NCBI GenBank assembly: GCA_965237555.1
Contig: OZ250147.1
Location: forward strand, 1,540,331 to 1,604,330
Reading direction: 5' to 3'
Length of the DNA: 64,000 nucleotides
Source of the DNA: Amylibacter sp.
GTDB taxonomy: Bacteria; Pseudomonadota; Alphaproteobacteria; Rhodobacterales; Rhodobacteraceae
Below the pieces are notes generated by a model that worked only from the letters and a program-made list of their open reading frames with translations, ran no database searches and had not been told where the DNA came from. Positions 20,574-30,912 of the stretch are shown one piece after another. A program made the translations under genes and the position numbers. Position 1 is the first letter of the stretch. Every line of letters starts with the position of its first letter.

Positions 20574-21752
20574 TCAAAGGCGGATGATTTCCACGGATTG
20601 ACCGGCCGATTTTGCCGGTTCATCGGGGTCGCGGACCATCAGGCAGTCTGATTTTGCCAGAACCGAGAGCAGCGAACTGTCCTGACGATTAAACGGGGAA
20701 CAAGTGAGTTGTCCGTTTTGTAGGGACAATTCGGCACGCATGTAGTGGCTGCGGGGACCGTTGGGCCCGATGTCTGCCCCAAGACTGGCTTTTTCGCGCG
20801 GCAAAGCGGCTTTTCCCAGGCCAAGCATGGCGCGGATAACGGGGATCAGAAAGACATGTCCGCAAACCATTGCTGAGACCGGATTGCCAGGAAGGCCGAT
20901 CATCGGCGTGCCGTTCAGCCTCCCGGCCATCAGCGGTTTTCCGGGGCGCATGGCAACCTTGTAAAACGCGAGTTCGAGACCCGCGGATTTCTGCACCAGA
21001 TCATGATCGCCAACCGAAGCACTGCCCAGTGTGACGATAACATCGGCAGACTGTGCAAGATCGAGGACATAAGTCAGAGAGGCTTCTGTATCCCGAGCAA
21101 TCGGTAACATCATTGATTCGGCGCCTTGTGCTTCCACCAAAGCTTTCAGTCCAAAGTTATTGGACGAGATGATCTGATCCGGGTTCGGCGATTCACCGGG
21201 CATGACCAGTTCGTCTCCGGTGGCCACCAGTGCGACCTTCGGCTTGCGGGTGACCTCGACCGCGGACACATTCATTGACGCAAGGAGGGCGATTTCGGCG
21301 GAGCCGAGTGTTTGCGGTGCTGTGATAGCGTCACCAGCTTTGAAGTCTCCTCCCGCTGGGCGGATATAGGTGTTTTGGTCGAAATTTTTGCTGATTGAAA
21401 TGAGGTTGCCATCCCGGGTCGCGTCTTCTTGTATCAGAATCCGGTCAGCGCCCGGCGGCACTGGCGCACCGGTGAATATGCGCACCGCTTGGCCAGACGC
21501 GACATTGCCGACAAACCTTCGGCCAGCGGCGGACTCGCCAATCACCTGCAAAGTTGGCGCGGTCGCAAGGTCGGCCGTGACAATGGCATATCCGTCCATG
21601 GCAGAGGAGGCAAAAGGGGGTTGGTCGCGGGTGGCAATAGCGTCTTTGGCCAAAATACGTCCGGCAGCATCGGCCAGTGGTACAGTTTCCGCGCCAAGCG
21701 GTTCGAACAGCTTCAGGACTTGAGCGAGGGCTTCAGAGACCGAGATCATCAC
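20574..21752 (-). CDS. moeA: Molybdopterin molybdotransferase MoeA
   Basis: [32 protein letters not shown] and GLPGNPVS motifs. Confidence 0.96.
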   Translation of the reverse strand: MMISVSEALAQVLKLFEPLGAETVPLADAAGRILAKDAIATRDQPPFASSAMDGYAIVTADLATAPTLQVIGESAAGRRFVGNVASGQAVRIFTGAPVPPGADRILIQEDATRDGNLISISKNFDQNTYIRPAGGDFKAGDAITAPQTLGSAEIALLASMNVSAVEVTRKPKVALVATGDELVMPGESPNPDQIISSNNFGLKALVEAQGAESMMLPIARDTEASLTYVLDLAQSADVIVTLGSASVGDHDLVQKSAGLELAFYKVAMRPGKPLMAGRLNGTPMIGLPGNPVSAMVCGHVFLIPVIRAMLGLGKAALPREKASLGADIGPNGPRSHYMRAELSLQNGQLTCSPFNRQDSSLLSVLAKSDCLMVRDPDEPAKSAGQSVEIIRL

Positions 21753-22225
21753 TCCGCCTCGAACCGGCCCGATTTGCCACCGTCTTTCAGAACCACACGT
21801 ATGTCGCTGATCTGCATGGTTTTATCGATGGCTTTTACCATGTCATAGACCGTCAAAGCGGCTACGTTGACTGCGGTTAACGCTTCCATTTCCACGCCGG
21901 TTTGCCCGGTGGTCTTCACTGTGGCCTCAATTTCGATACTGCTGTTGGCCGTGTCAGCGATCAGATCAACTGCAACTTTGGTGATCGGCAGCGGGTGGCA
22001 CAGCGGGATCAGGTCTGCGGTCTTTTTTGCACCCATGATCGCAGCTAGTCGGGCAACCGCCAGAACGTCACCTTTTTTTGCGCGGCCTTCTGTGATTATT
22101 GCCAGCGTTTCGGGGGCCATCAGAACCCGACCTTTGGCGGTGGCAATACGGTTTGTCACAGCCTTGTCGGACACATCCACCATATGCGCGCCGCCTTTGT
22201 CGTCAAAGTGAGTCAGCTCTGCCAT
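21749..22225 (-). CDS. moaC: Cyclic pyranopterin monophosphate synthase MoaC
   Basis: [32 protein letters not shown] and YDMVKAID motifs. Confidence 0.97.
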   Translation of the reverse strand: MAELTHFDDKGGAHMVDVSDKAVTNRIATAKGRVLMAPETLAIITEGRAKKGDVLAVARLAAIMGAKKTADLIPLCHPLPITKVAVDLIADTANSSIEIEATVKTTGQTGVEMEALTAVNVAALTVYDMVKAIDKTMQISDIRVVLKDGGKSGRFEAE

Positions 22226-23037
22226 CACATCGCCTGCGGTGCCCAAGGGGAAGACAGGATTTCGCGGGTTGCACCCTCGACATCCTGCTGGCGCATCAGG
22301 GCTTCGCCAATCAGGAAACAGCGCGCACCAAAACGGGCCAGATCAGCCAGTTCCTGCGGTTTGGACAATCCGCTCTCGGCGACAATCAGGCGGTCTCCGG
22401 CAACGTCGCGGGCCAGTTGTTTGGTGGTTTCCAGTGTCACGTCCAAGGTTTTGAGGTTGCGGTTGTTGATACCCAGCAATTGCGAGCGCAGACGCGCGGC
22501 GCGTTCCAATTCGCCGACATCATGGACTTCCAACAACACATCCATACCCTGTTCAAAAGCAGTGGCCTCCAATTCGGCAGCTTGTTCGTCGCTGACCGAA
22601 GCCATGATGATCAGGATGCAATCGGCGCCCCAGGCGCGGGCCTCGATCACCTGATAGGGGTCATACATGAAATCTTTGCGCAGCGCGGGCAGGATGCAGG
22701 CATCGCGGGCCGCGGTCAGGTAATCCGGCTGACCTTGAAATGACGGCGTGTCGGTGAGCACGCTGAGGCAGCTGGCGCCACCTGCGGCGTAGGCTTGCGC
22801 CAGCGCGGTTGGATCGAAATCCTCGCGGATCAGACCTTTAGACGGGCTCGCCTTTTTCATTTCAGCGATCAGACCATAGCCTCCGCTGGTCGAGGCCAGC
22901 CGCAGCGCATTGGCAAACCCCCGCGGAACAGAGGCTTCTCGGGCCAATGCCTCCAGTTCAACCAAAGGCATGGCGTCTTTGGCGTCTGCGATTTCCTGTA
23001 GTTTGTATTGTTTTATTTTTTCAAGAATATCAGCCAT
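22225..23037 (-). CDS. trpC: Indole-3-glycerol phosphate synthase
   Basis: [22 protein letters not shown] and GINNRNL motifs. Confidence 0.97.
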   Translation of the reverse strand: MADILEKIKQYKLQEIADAKDAMPLVELEALAREASVPRGFANALRLASTSGGYGLIAEMKKASPSKGLIREDFDPTALAQAYAAGGASCLSVLTDTPSFQGQPDYLTAARDACILPALRKDFMYDPYQVIEARAWGADCILIIMASVSDEQAAELEATAFEQGMDVLLEVHDVGELERAARLRSQLLGINNRNLKTLDVTLETTKQLARDVAGDRLIVAESGLSKPQELADLARFGARCFLIGEALMRQQDVEGATREILSSPWAPQAM

Positions 23038-24054
23038 TTAACTCTCATTGGTGATCTTGACAAGCGCTGCAAGTTTGGCTGCCGCTGCGCCGTTGTCAAT
23101 GCTTGCAGCAGCCATTTCTGCACCCTCTTTCAGGTCGGCTACTTTGTCTGCCACTACCAGAGCCGCCGCTGTGTTCAACAGTACTGCGTCACGATAGGCA
23201 GAGTGTTCACCAGCCAACAACGCCCGCAGCGCAGCGGCATTTTCAGAAGGCGTGCCCCCGATAATATCCGCAAACGGATGGACGGGCAGGCCAGCATCTT
23301 CCGGGTTTATTTCAGCATCATTGACGGCACTGTTTTCCAGTTTGGCAACCCAGGTCGGTCCGGCTATTGAAATTTCGTCAGTGCCGTCGGACCCATGCAC
23401 CAGCCAGGCTTTGTCCGATCCCAGTTCCAGCAATGTTTCCGCCATCGGCCGGATCATGGCGCGGGAAAACGCGCCTGTCAGCTGGCGCTTCACACCAGCC
23501 GGGTTGGTCAGCGGGCCAAGAATGTTGAATATGGTTCTTGTGCCCAGTTCTTGGCGTGCGGGCATGACGTGTTTGACAGCGGGGTGGTGCATCGGTGCCA
23601 TCATGAAACCGATTCCAGAAGTTTTTATCGCTTTTTCAACAACCTCTGGCCCGACCATAACGTTAACGCCAAGTTCACCAAGCGCGTCTGCGGTGCCGGA
23701 TTTCGACGACAGGTTGCGGTTGCCGTGTTTGGCAACCACGACGCCGGCGCCCGCCGTAACCAGCGCCGTCGCGGTTGAGATGTTCAGTGTGGATTTGCCA
23801 TCGCCGCCAGTTCCTACAATGTCCATTGCCCCTTTAGGCGCATCCACCGCGAGGCATTTGGACCGCATCACAGTTGCGGCCGCGGCAAATTCTTCGATGG
23901 TTTCGCCACGTGTGCGCAATGCCATCAACAGACCGCCGGTTTGCGCCGGAGTCGCTTCGCCGGTCATGATGATGTTGAATGCGGCTTCTGCTTCTGTGCG
24001 CGTCAGCGGACCTTCGGCGGCCTTTGCGATCAAAGGCTTAAGAGCATCGCTCAT
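23038..24054 (-). CDS. trpD: Anthranilate phosphoribosyltransferase
   Basis: [21 protein letters not shown] and [14 protein letters not shown] motifs. Confidence 0.98.
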   Translation of the reverse strand: MSDALKPLIAKAAEGPLTRTEAEAAFNIIMTGEATPAQTGGLLMALRTRGETIEEFAAAATVMRSKCLAVDAPKGAMDIVGTGGDGKSTLNISTATALVTAGAGVVVAKHGNRNLSSKSGTADALGELGVNVMVGPEVVEKAIKTSGIGFMMAPMHHPAVKHVMPARQELGTRTIFNILGPLTNPAGVKRQLTGAFSRAMIRPMAETLLELGSDKAWLVHGSDGTDEISIAGPTWVAKLENSAVNDAEINPEDAGLPVHPFADIIGGTPSENAAALRALLAGEHSAYRDAVLLNTAAALVVADKVADLKEGAEMAAASIDNGAAAAKLAALVKITNES

Positions 24055-24632
24055 GCCGGTTCCAGTGCGTTTTCAAGGAAATTCTTCAGCATGGCGTGGC
24101 CGTGTTGCGAAGCGATGCTTTCCGGATGAAACTGTACCCCGTGGATTGGCAGCTCGCGGTGTTGCAGACCCATGATAGTGCCGTCTTCCAGCCAGCCGGT
24201 GACCTCCAGGCAATCGGGCAGCGTTTCGCGTTCCACCACCAGCGAATGATACCGGGTGGCCTCGAATGGTGTCGGCAGACCGGCAAAAACCGATTTGCTG
24301 TTGTGGTGCATCAGCCCCATTTTTCCATGCACAATCTCGTGGCACCGCACAACTTTGCCACCAAAAGCCTGTCCGATAGCCTGGTGGCCGAGGCAAACAC
24401 CCATCAACGGCGTCCGGGTTTCGGCGGCGGCTTCAGTCAGCGCCAGACAAATTCCAGCCTGATCCGGGTCGCAAGGACCGGGTGACAACAGGATGGCATC
24501 AGCCCGCAACGCCATGGCTTGCTGAACGTCCAGCTCGTCGTTGCGCTTCACCACGACATCCGCACCCAGTTCGCCCAGATAGTGCACCAGATTATAGGTA
24601 AAACTGTCATAATTATCTATCAGTAGCAGCAT
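24051..24632 (-). CDS. trpG: Anthranilate synthase component II (glutamine amidotransferase)
   Basis: [29 protein letters not shown] and QFHPES motifs. Confidence 0.96.
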   Translation of the reverse strand: MLLLIDNYDSFTYNLVHYLGELGADVVVKRNDELDVQQAMALRADAILLSPGPCDPDQAGICLALTEAAAETRTPLMGVCLGHQAIGQAFGGKVVRCHEIVHGKMGLMHHNSKSVFAGLPTPFEATRYHSLVVERETLPDCLEVTGWLEDGTIMGLQHRELPIHGVQFHPESIASQHGHAMLKNFLENALEPA

Positions 24633-24757
24633 CTTGCTCTTCCCGGCCGAGGGCTGAATTAGGGGATGATCCCGGTCGCATTTCGCGGTATACATGTTCA
24701 ACAGTGCGGCCCATAGGTCAAGAGCAGGCGAAATAAAACAGCGCACGGGGCAAGAGA

Positions 24758-26326
24758 ATGGCATTTAATGCAAAAACCGCAGGGATTTTGGCTGGGCTGG
24801 CCGTAGGTCTGGCCAGCGGTGTGTTTATGGCTGCGCTAAACCCGATGATCCCGCGTCAAGACCCAACAGAAATCGCGCTAATCCCGGAAAGCGGCACTGG
24901 TGAAGTCGCTCAGGACGATGCACCAACAGTTGCGCCTAGCGTTGACGCAGGCGTCAGCACAACAGCGGCGCAGCAACCAGCGGTATCCGGTGCAGATGAA
25001 GCTCCCGCCACAGATCGCGAAGTATCCCGCCTGGTTGTTGCAGGACAGGTTGGTGAATTGAAGGGTGTTGAGGCGGAAGAGGAATCCGAAATAGCACTGC
25101 TGGCACCGACCGAGGCGCCGAGCGGCACAGCAGAAATTGGCAGTTTGCCTGAGCCAAGTATCGATCCGTCGCCGGAACTTTCAACTGATCCGGCCACGCC
25201 ACTGATTTTGACGGAGCCGGACGCCGGAACAGAGGCCGCCATTGCCAACCCGGAACAGCCGGAAGCTGGTGATGCCGTTGCTGTGGAAACACCAGCGGTA
25301 GATCCTGACACCCCGACAGCTGGCACCCCGAAGCAAATTGATCCAAAACCGCTGGAAACCGCCGCATTACCCGAATTGCCGGCGCAGCCCAGTGAATTGC
25401 CGGCGCAGCCCAGTGAAGTGCAGGAGCAGCCTAGTGAAGTGCAGGGCTCCCGCAACGCCAATACATCTGGCACGTTCAGCACCGCAACATCACGGTTGCC
25501 ATCGGTCGGTGGTTCAGGTGATGCATCCAATTTCACCAACCGCGACAACAGCGGTTCCGGGCTGAACCTGCCAAGCATCAGCGGCGGAACAGAAAATGAC
25601 CCCGAAGCGAATTTGGATCAGGATGTGGTGCTGCTCGGTGCCCTGCAACGCAACGCCGTCGCGTTCGAGGCGACGGATAAACCACTGATGTCAGTCATTT
25701 TGCTGGATATTGGTGCCGACGGTCTGGCGGCGGATACACTGATCAAACTGACCATCCCCGCGTCATTTGCCTTGCCAGTAGAAGGCGATCAACCGCGCGC
25801 CAAGGCGCAGATATTCAAAAGCGCCGGATTCGAGGTTCTGGCCCTGTCGCCCCGTTCGGTTGAAATGAGCCTGTCCGGAGGGTTGTCCCAGGATCAGGTT
25901 TCAACCACGTTGGACAAAATTTTTTCGATAATGCCGGAGGCAATTGGTCTGATCGACCGACCCGCGGCTGACTTGCAGAAAGACCGCAAACTCGCAAAGG
26001 CGGTGATCGAGAGTTTTCGGATCAGCGGGCATGGGTTGGTGACCTATAACAAAGGGTTGAATTCTGTTCCGCGCGAAGCCGGCCTTGCCAATGTCGCCGC
26101 TGGGAATGTTTTCCGTATCCTGGATGAAAATGGCGAAAACCCCTCGATCATCGAGCGTTATCTGAACCGCGCAGCCCTAGATGCCAGACGGGAAGGCCAT
26201 GTCATTGTGATGGGCACCACGGCACCTGAAACGGTCACTGCAATTGTGAATTGGTCGCTAAGTTCCAAAGCCCGGGCGGTTGTCTTTGCGCCGGTGTCGG
26301 CGAGCCTGTTGCAGGCGGTGCAGTAA
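24758..26326 (+). CDS. Divergent polysaccharide deacetylase family protein with N-terminal TM and low-complexity acidic linker
   Basis: N-terminal TM, a long P/E/A-rich stretch, and a C-terminal domain ending [19 protein letters not shown]...PVSA. This position next to trpG is typical of Rhodobacteraceae. Confidence 0.8.
   Translation: MAFNAKTAGILAGLAVGLASGVFMAALNPMIPRQDPTEIALIPESGTGEVAQDDAPTVAPSVDAGVSTTAAQQPAVSGADEAPATDREVSRLVVAGQVGELKGVEAEEESEIALLAPTEAPSGTAEIGSLPEPSIDPSPELSTDPATPLILTEPDAGTEAAIANPEQPEAGDAVAVETPAVDPDTPTAGTPKQIDPKPLETAALPELPAQPSELPAQPSEVQEQPSEVQGSRNANTSGTFSTATSRLPSVGGSGDASNFTNRDNSGSGLNLPSISGGTENDPEANLDQDVVLLGALQRNAVAFEATDKPLMSVILLDIGADGLAADTLIKLTIPASFALPVEGDQPRAKAQIFKSAGFEVLALSPRSVEMSLSGGLSQDQVSTTLDKIFSIMPEAIGLIDRPAADLQKDRKLAKAVIESFRISGHGLVTYNKGLNSVPREAGLANVAAGNVFRILDENGENPSIIERYLNRAALDARREGHVIVMGTTAPETVTAIVNWSLSSKARAVVFAPVSASLLQAVQ
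25373..25444 (+). repeat. In-frame 21-bp tandem repeat (about 3.4 units)
   Basis: GAATTGCCGGCGCAGCCCAGT x2, then GAAGTGCAGGAGCAGCCTAGT and GAAGTGCAG, encoding [24 protein letters not shown]. Confidence 0.9.
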
Positions 26327-26357
26327 AGGCAGGCTAATAAGAAGACGCAAGAAGTCT

Positions 26358-26474
26358 CCAGAGCGGTTCAGGTTCAGTCTGAACCAGACTGAACCTGAAC
26401 CGCCGGTCTAAGAAATTGATGTTGCTGCATTATTGGTTTCGTTTGTAATTCAAACAAAACCAGTAACACTCGAA
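26358..26474. repeat. Two-hairpin intergenic repeat, copy 2
   Basis: Perfect 19-bp stem GCGGTTCAGGTTCAGTCTG-AAC-CAGACTGAACCTGAACCGC (26363-26403), then a second hairpin TGGTTTCGTTTG-TAATT-CAAACAAAACCA. Aligns ungapped to the reverse complement of 58699-58815. Confidence 0.9.
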
Positions 26475-26558
26475 GCAACGGTAACATTCGTCACAGTATT
26501 TTTGTGCGACCTTTCTACCATTAGGTGAATTCAATTTATCCAGATTGAGAGGGTTTAC

Positions 26559-27281
26559 GTGATGTCAATTCTCGGCAGACTGAAAATTGCCGCAACTGGG
26601 CTGGTAATTTTGATCGTGTCAAATGCCGAAACCTGGGCGGCCAATCCCAGTTTTCGATGCAGTTCAAACAACACGCGAACGGAACGAACCATTTGTATCA
26701 GCGACGTGCTGTCTGAATTTGACGTCCAGATGGCCAACATCTTCCGACGCAAATTTTCCGTCACACCACAAAACAAACGCAATGCCATGCGGCGCCAGCA
26801 GTTGAGTTGGCTGCAATGGCGAGATTCCTGCGGTGGCGACAAGCGCTGTTTGCGCCGTCGTTATGTCAACCGGATCGAGGAACTGTCAGGAAAACCGATT
26901 GGCCACGCGACAACAACATCTGCGCCTTCATCCGATCCAAATATTGTGGAACGCCGCCTGCGCGATGGGCGGCTGGAAACCGTGTACAAAGACGGCAGCA
27001 TCGGGTGGGTCGAGGTTGATGGCAGCGGCATGGGCACAATTTTTCCTGACGGAACCGAATCCATTTTGGCAATGACCCAGGCACCGGTCCCCAACCCGGT
27101 GGCGCTGCCGCCGCCCTATTTGGGGTGGGCGGAAAGCGTAGAAGCGTCCTTGATGACAATATTGAGCCAGGAAATGAGCAACAGCGAATTGGCGGCGTAT
27201 AAAGCGAACTACGCCAGCGGAGAATATTATCAGCGGGTCACAAATCACTTGAAAGCGGTGCGGTTCTTCGTTGCGCAATAG
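26559..27281 (+). CDS. Secreted protein with LprI/DUF1311-like four-cysteine domain and unknown C-terminal domain
   Basis: Signal peptide, PSFRC...ERTIC...QLSWLQWRDSC...CLRRRYVNRIEEL pattern, and GAGAGGG RBS. Confidence 0.8.
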   Translation: MMSILGRLKIAATGLVILIVSNAETWAANPSFRCSSNNTRTERTICISDVLSEFDVQMANIFRRKFSVTPQNKRNAMRRQQLSWLQWRDSCGGDKRCLRRRYVNRIEELSGKPIGHATTTSAPSSDPNIVERRLRDGRLETVYKDGSIGWVEVDGSGMGTIFPDGTESILAMTQAPVPNPVALPPPYLGWAESVEASLMTILSQEMSNSELAAYKANYASGEYYQRVTNHLKAVRFFVAQ

Positions 27282-27319
27282 CAGGAACTGTCAATATTAG
27301 TCGAACTGGGAGGGTTATC

Positions 27320-27877
27320 ATGATTTCATTGTTGAGAATTGTCCGGTGTTTGGGGCTTGCCGCTGTTCTGGTTTCAACGCTACTCCTGACGCCAGGTTTC
27401 GCGCAAGATGAACCCGCTGCCGAGACCGATCAGCCCAACCTATTCAGCGAACTTGAACAGCATATGAATTCCGAGCCTTCTGCCGGGTTCGACGAAGCTG
27501 ATATCTTTCCCGGTTTGGCAATACAGCAGCTGTTGGACGCGGACGGCAAGGCAGCGATGCAACAATCCCTGACCGCCTATTACGACTATCGAACGCAGGG
27601 ATTCGAGCATCGCTCAAAAGTGTTTAGCTGGCAGCATATCTCGACCATCATCATATTCGGCATGGTGATGCTGATCGTCTTTGTTGGCCTGTATTTTTCT
27701 TGGATGCAGTTTCGCACGGTGTCAAACCTGAACGACATGAAGGAAAGCACCGTTGAGTTTGGCAAAGCCGGGATCAAGGTAACGTCGCCGGTGTTGGGCG
27801 TGATCATTTTGGCCCTGTCGCTGGCGTTTTTCTATCTGTATCTGATCCACGTTTACCCGGTGTTCGATACATTTTAA
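27320..27877 (+). CDS. Hypothetical membrane protein (signal peptide plus 2 TM)
   Basis: GGGAGG RBS, signal peptide, acidic linker, TM segments ISTIIIFGMVMLIVFVGLYF and VLGVIILALSLAFFYLYLI. Confidence 0.8.
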   Translation: MISLLRIVRCLGLAAVLVSTLLLTPGFAQDEPAAETDQPNLFSELEQHMNSEPSAGFDEADIFPGLAIQQLLDADGKAAMQQSLTAYYDYRTQGFEHRSKVFSWQHISTIIIFGMVMLIVFVGLYFSWMQFRTVSNLNDMKESTVEFGKAGIKVTSPVLGVIILALSLAFFYLYLIHVYPVFDTF

Positions 27878-27892
27878 CTGCTATTTTTGACA

Positions 27893-29221
27893 TCAACCAA
27901 CTGCGTACAACCGCCATTTGTCATCGAACCCTTTCAGCTCAACATTGCCACGATCTCCAAACTCGTAGCCCGAGCCTGCAACGAGATCGCACACAGTCCG
28001 GGAGACCAGCAATTCACCGGCACCGGCCTGCGCCGCGATCCTTGCCGCCAGATGAACCGCCACGCCTGCCACCCGGTCGCCGCGCAGCTCGCACTCTCCG
28101 GTGTGCAGACCGGCGCGAATATCCAGACCCATTGCAAGGCCTTTTTCCATAACCGCTTTCGCGCAAGCGATGCCCCGTCCCGGACCGTCAAATGTCGCCA
28201 GCGCACCGTCTCCTGTATTGTCGATCAACCTGCCTTGATGGACCCTGACCGTCTCTTGAGTCATCTTGTCATGTTGGTCGAGGCGTTCTTTCCAGCCTTG
28301 ATCTCCCAAGCTGTGAGCCAGATCGGTAGACGAAACAATATCGGTGAATAGTATCGATGCCAAAACCCGCGTCGCAACAAAGTCAGGTTGTTCTCCAGTC
28401 AGGAAGTTTTGGATCGTTCCCGTAACAGAGTCCTGATCGCCGACCCACGGCAAATGATCTTCACCGGGCAATTCCTCGAACCGGGCCTTGGGAATGCGGT
28501 CTGCTATCCAGCGTCCCTCTTCGATCAACGCATCCCGGTCTCTAGTGCGATGAAGCACAAGACTGGGAACATGGATGGCCGGTAATATGTCGGTAATGTC
28601 GATCTGTGTGTTCATCTTCAGCAAGGCAACAGCCGCACTGGGACTGGCTGATCGCCGGAGGTAAGTTGCGGTTCTGAGCGCAAACGCCTCATCGCTGATT
28701 TTGCTTGGAATATAACGCTCCAGATCCATTTTGTTGCCCCATTCGCGTTCGATCAGCTCATATTCTTTCTGGCGCTGCTCCGGCGTTGGCGCCCATGGGT
28801 AGTCCGGGCTCCATATTCGTTTGGCGAATGTGCCGAACAACACCAAAGCAGTGGTTCTGTCCGGATAAGTGGCGGCGAAATAGGCGCTGAGGTTTCCACC
28901 TTCCGAGAACCCGAACAGGGCAGCCTTTTGTGATCCCACGGCATCCATGACCGCCAAAAGATCATTGGTGCGTTCCTCTAGCGTTGGCAATTGATCGTTA
29001 GGCACACGATCTGAAAGGCCGGTCCCGCGTTTGTCGAACATGATCAGTTGGGAAAACGAAGCGATCTGGTTCAGGAATCGCGCATAGGTCGGCTCTTCCC
29101 AGCACAATTCCACATGCGACACCCACCCCGGCACGTAAACGATATCAATGGGGCCGTCGCCAACCACCTGATAGGCGATATGAACATCGCCGCTGCGCAC
29201 ATATTTCGTTTCAGGCGGCAT
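27893..29221 (-). CDS. Alpha/beta hydrolase - class III nucleotide cyclase fusion (LipJ/Rv1900c-type architecture)
   Basis: FDKRGTGLSDR and GFSEG nucleophile elbow; cyclase motifs LFTDIVSST, TGDG, RAGLHTGE and AVHLAAR. Confidence 0.9.
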   Translation of the reverse strand: MPPETKYVRSGDVHIAYQVVGDGPIDIVYVPGWVSHVELCWEEPTYARFLNQIASFSQLIMFDKRGTGLSDRVPNDQLPTLEERTNDLLAVMDAVGSQKAALFGFSEGGNLSAYFAATYPDRTTALVLFGTFAKRIWSPDYPWAPTPEQRQKEYELIEREWGNKMDLERYIPSKISDEAFALRTATYLRRSASPSAAVALLKMNTQIDITDILPAIHVPSLVLHRTRDRDALIEEGRWIADRIPKARFEELPGEDHLPWVGDQDSVTGTIQNFLTGEQPDFVATRVLASILFTDIVSSTDLAHSLGDQGWKERLDQHDKMTQETVRVHQGRLIDNTGDGALATFDGPGRGIACAKAVMEKGLAMGLDIRAGLHTGECELRGDRVAGVAVHLAARIAAQAGAGELLVSRTVCDLVAGSGYEFGDRGNVELKGFDDKWRLYAVG

Positions 29222-29397
29222 TGCGCACGCGGCGATTTGTCAAAGGTGTCCCGGTGTGTTGGACCGGGATGAAGCATTTAAGACAAACTTTTCCAGACAT
29301 GCGGTCAGCATAGAGCGGGTAAACAGGCAATCCAACGAAATTCCTTTGCGGCGTACCGGATGCAGCAGGAAAGCCTTAAGCCGCAAGCCCATAAAAT

Positions 29398-30912
29398 CTA
29401 CCCGTTCCCGCCGACTTTGACGAACCGAATCGCTTCTTTCGCCGCTTGCCGTAAGGCGTTGGATTTATTTACAGTTTCCTGAAATTCCGCTTCCGGATCG
29501 CTGTCGAATACCACGCCGCCACCAGCCTGAATATAAAGCTTCTCGTCCTTGGTCACCGCGGTCCGCAGCGCAATGCAGATGTCCATTTCCCCGTTGGCTG
29601 AGAAATACCCAACGCCGCCGCCGTATACGCCGCGCTTTTCACATTCCAGTTCGTCGATGATCTGCATGGCGCGGACTTTGGGCGCCCCAGAAACCGTGCC
29701 GGCTGGCAGGCCCGCCAGCAATGCCGACAGCGCGTCGTGATCGTCGCTCAACTGCCCAACCACGTTTGAAACGATGTGCATCACATGACTGTAGCGCTCG
29801 ATGATAAACTGCTCGTTCGGGTCAACTGTGCCGATTTTGGCCACCCGGCCAACGTCGTTGCGGCCGAGATCAAGCAGCATCAGATGTTCGGCCAGTTCCT
29901 TGGGATCGGCCAGCAGGTCCGCTTCCAGAGCTTTGTCTTCGGCTGGCGTGGCACCGCGCGGGCGGGTGCCGGCGATTGGGCGAATGGTGACTTCGCCGTC
30001 TTTCACCCGCACCAGAATTTCCGGGCTGGCGCCAATGACCTGGAATCCGCCGAAGTTGAAAAAGAACATATAAGGCGATGGGTTGGTGCGGCGCAGGGCT
30101 CGATACAGCGCAAAAGGTGGCAGTTTGAAATCCTGCGTCCAGCGCTGGCTCGGGACCACCTGAAAGATGTCACCGGCACGGATGTAGTCCTTGGCCCGCT
30201 CGACGATGGCATAATAATTGTCTTTCGTGGTGTTCGATATAGGCTCGCTTACTGCATTTTCCAAGTCCGCAATCATTGGATTGGCTGGGGCCGGGCGGTC
30301 CATGTCACGAATTGCGTCCATCACCCGTTCAGCCGCTTGGTTATAGGCAGCCCGCGCAGAGCCTTCGCTGTTGCCCCAAACCGGGCTGACAACGGAGACT
30401 TCGTCTTTGACCCCATCCACAACAACAATCACCGAAGGCCGTAGCATCATTGCGTCCGGCAGCCCCAGCGGATCCGGGTTGACGTGCGGCAGATGCTCCA
30501 CCACCCGGATCATGTCGTAGCCGAGAAAGCCGAACAGGCCGGCAGAGATCGCGGGCAGACCCTCGGGCAACGGCATCCGGCTCTCATCCATGATCTGGCG
30601 CAAGGAGGTCAGCGGACCCCCATCCATCGGCTCAAACGCCTGCGCGTCAAAACGGGCTTGGCGGTTGACGCGGGTGATTTCGCCGCGACATTCCCATATC
30701 AGATCCGGTTTCATGCCGATCACTGTGTAACGTCCGCGAATTTCACCGCCGGTCACAGATTCCAGCATGAAACTGTCTTTCTGTGCCTGCGCCAGCTTCA
30801 GCATTAACGCAACCGGCGTGTCCAGATCGGCCACCAGTCGGGAATAGACCACCTGATTTTGGCCAGCTTTGAATGCTTTTTCGAAGCTTTCGAAATCGGG
30901 AGTCAGGGTCAT
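29398..30912 (-). CDS. trpE: Anthranilate synthase component I
   Basis: AGDIFQVVPSQR, NPSPYMF, RPIAGTRPRG, AEHLMLLDLGRND, GTVSGAPKVRAM and IALRT motifs. Confidence 0.98.
   Translation of the reverse strand: MTLTPDFESFEKAFKAGQNQVVYSRLVADLDTPVALMLKLAQAQKDSFMLESVTGGEIRGRYTVIGMKPDLIWECRGEITRVNRQARFDAQAFEPMDGGPLTSLRQIMDESRMPLPEGLPAISAGLFGFLGYDMIRVVEHLPHVNPDPLGLPDAMMLRPSVIVVVDGVKDEVSVVSPVWGNSEGSARAAYNQAAERVMDAIRDMDRPAPANPMIADLENAVSEPISNTTKDNYYAIVERAKDYIRAGDIFQVVPSQRWTQDFKLPPFALYRALRRTNPSPYMFFFNFGGFQVIGASPEILVRVKDGEVTIRPIAGTRPRGATPAEDKALEADLLADPKELAEHLMLLDLGRNDVGRVAKIGTVDPNEQFIIERYSHVMHIVSNVVGQLSDDHDALSALLAGLPAGTVSGAPKVRAMQIIDELECEKRGVYGGGVGYFSANGEMDICIALRTAVTKDEKLYIQAGGGVVFDSDPEAEFQETVNKSNALRQAAKEAIRFVKVGGNG

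Noticed and set aside
26363-26403. GTTC/GAAC runs in the hairpin as a possible SOS box, or the repeat as a CRISPR unit
   Set aside because: Spacing is N2 or N6 rather than N7; there is no repeat-spacer array and no cas gene.
29249-29269. TCCCGGT-N7-ACCGGGA hairpin and a nearby TAGAGCGG as a fourth two-hairpin element
   Set aside because: Lacks the paired arms, spacer and TGATT loop of the other three copies.
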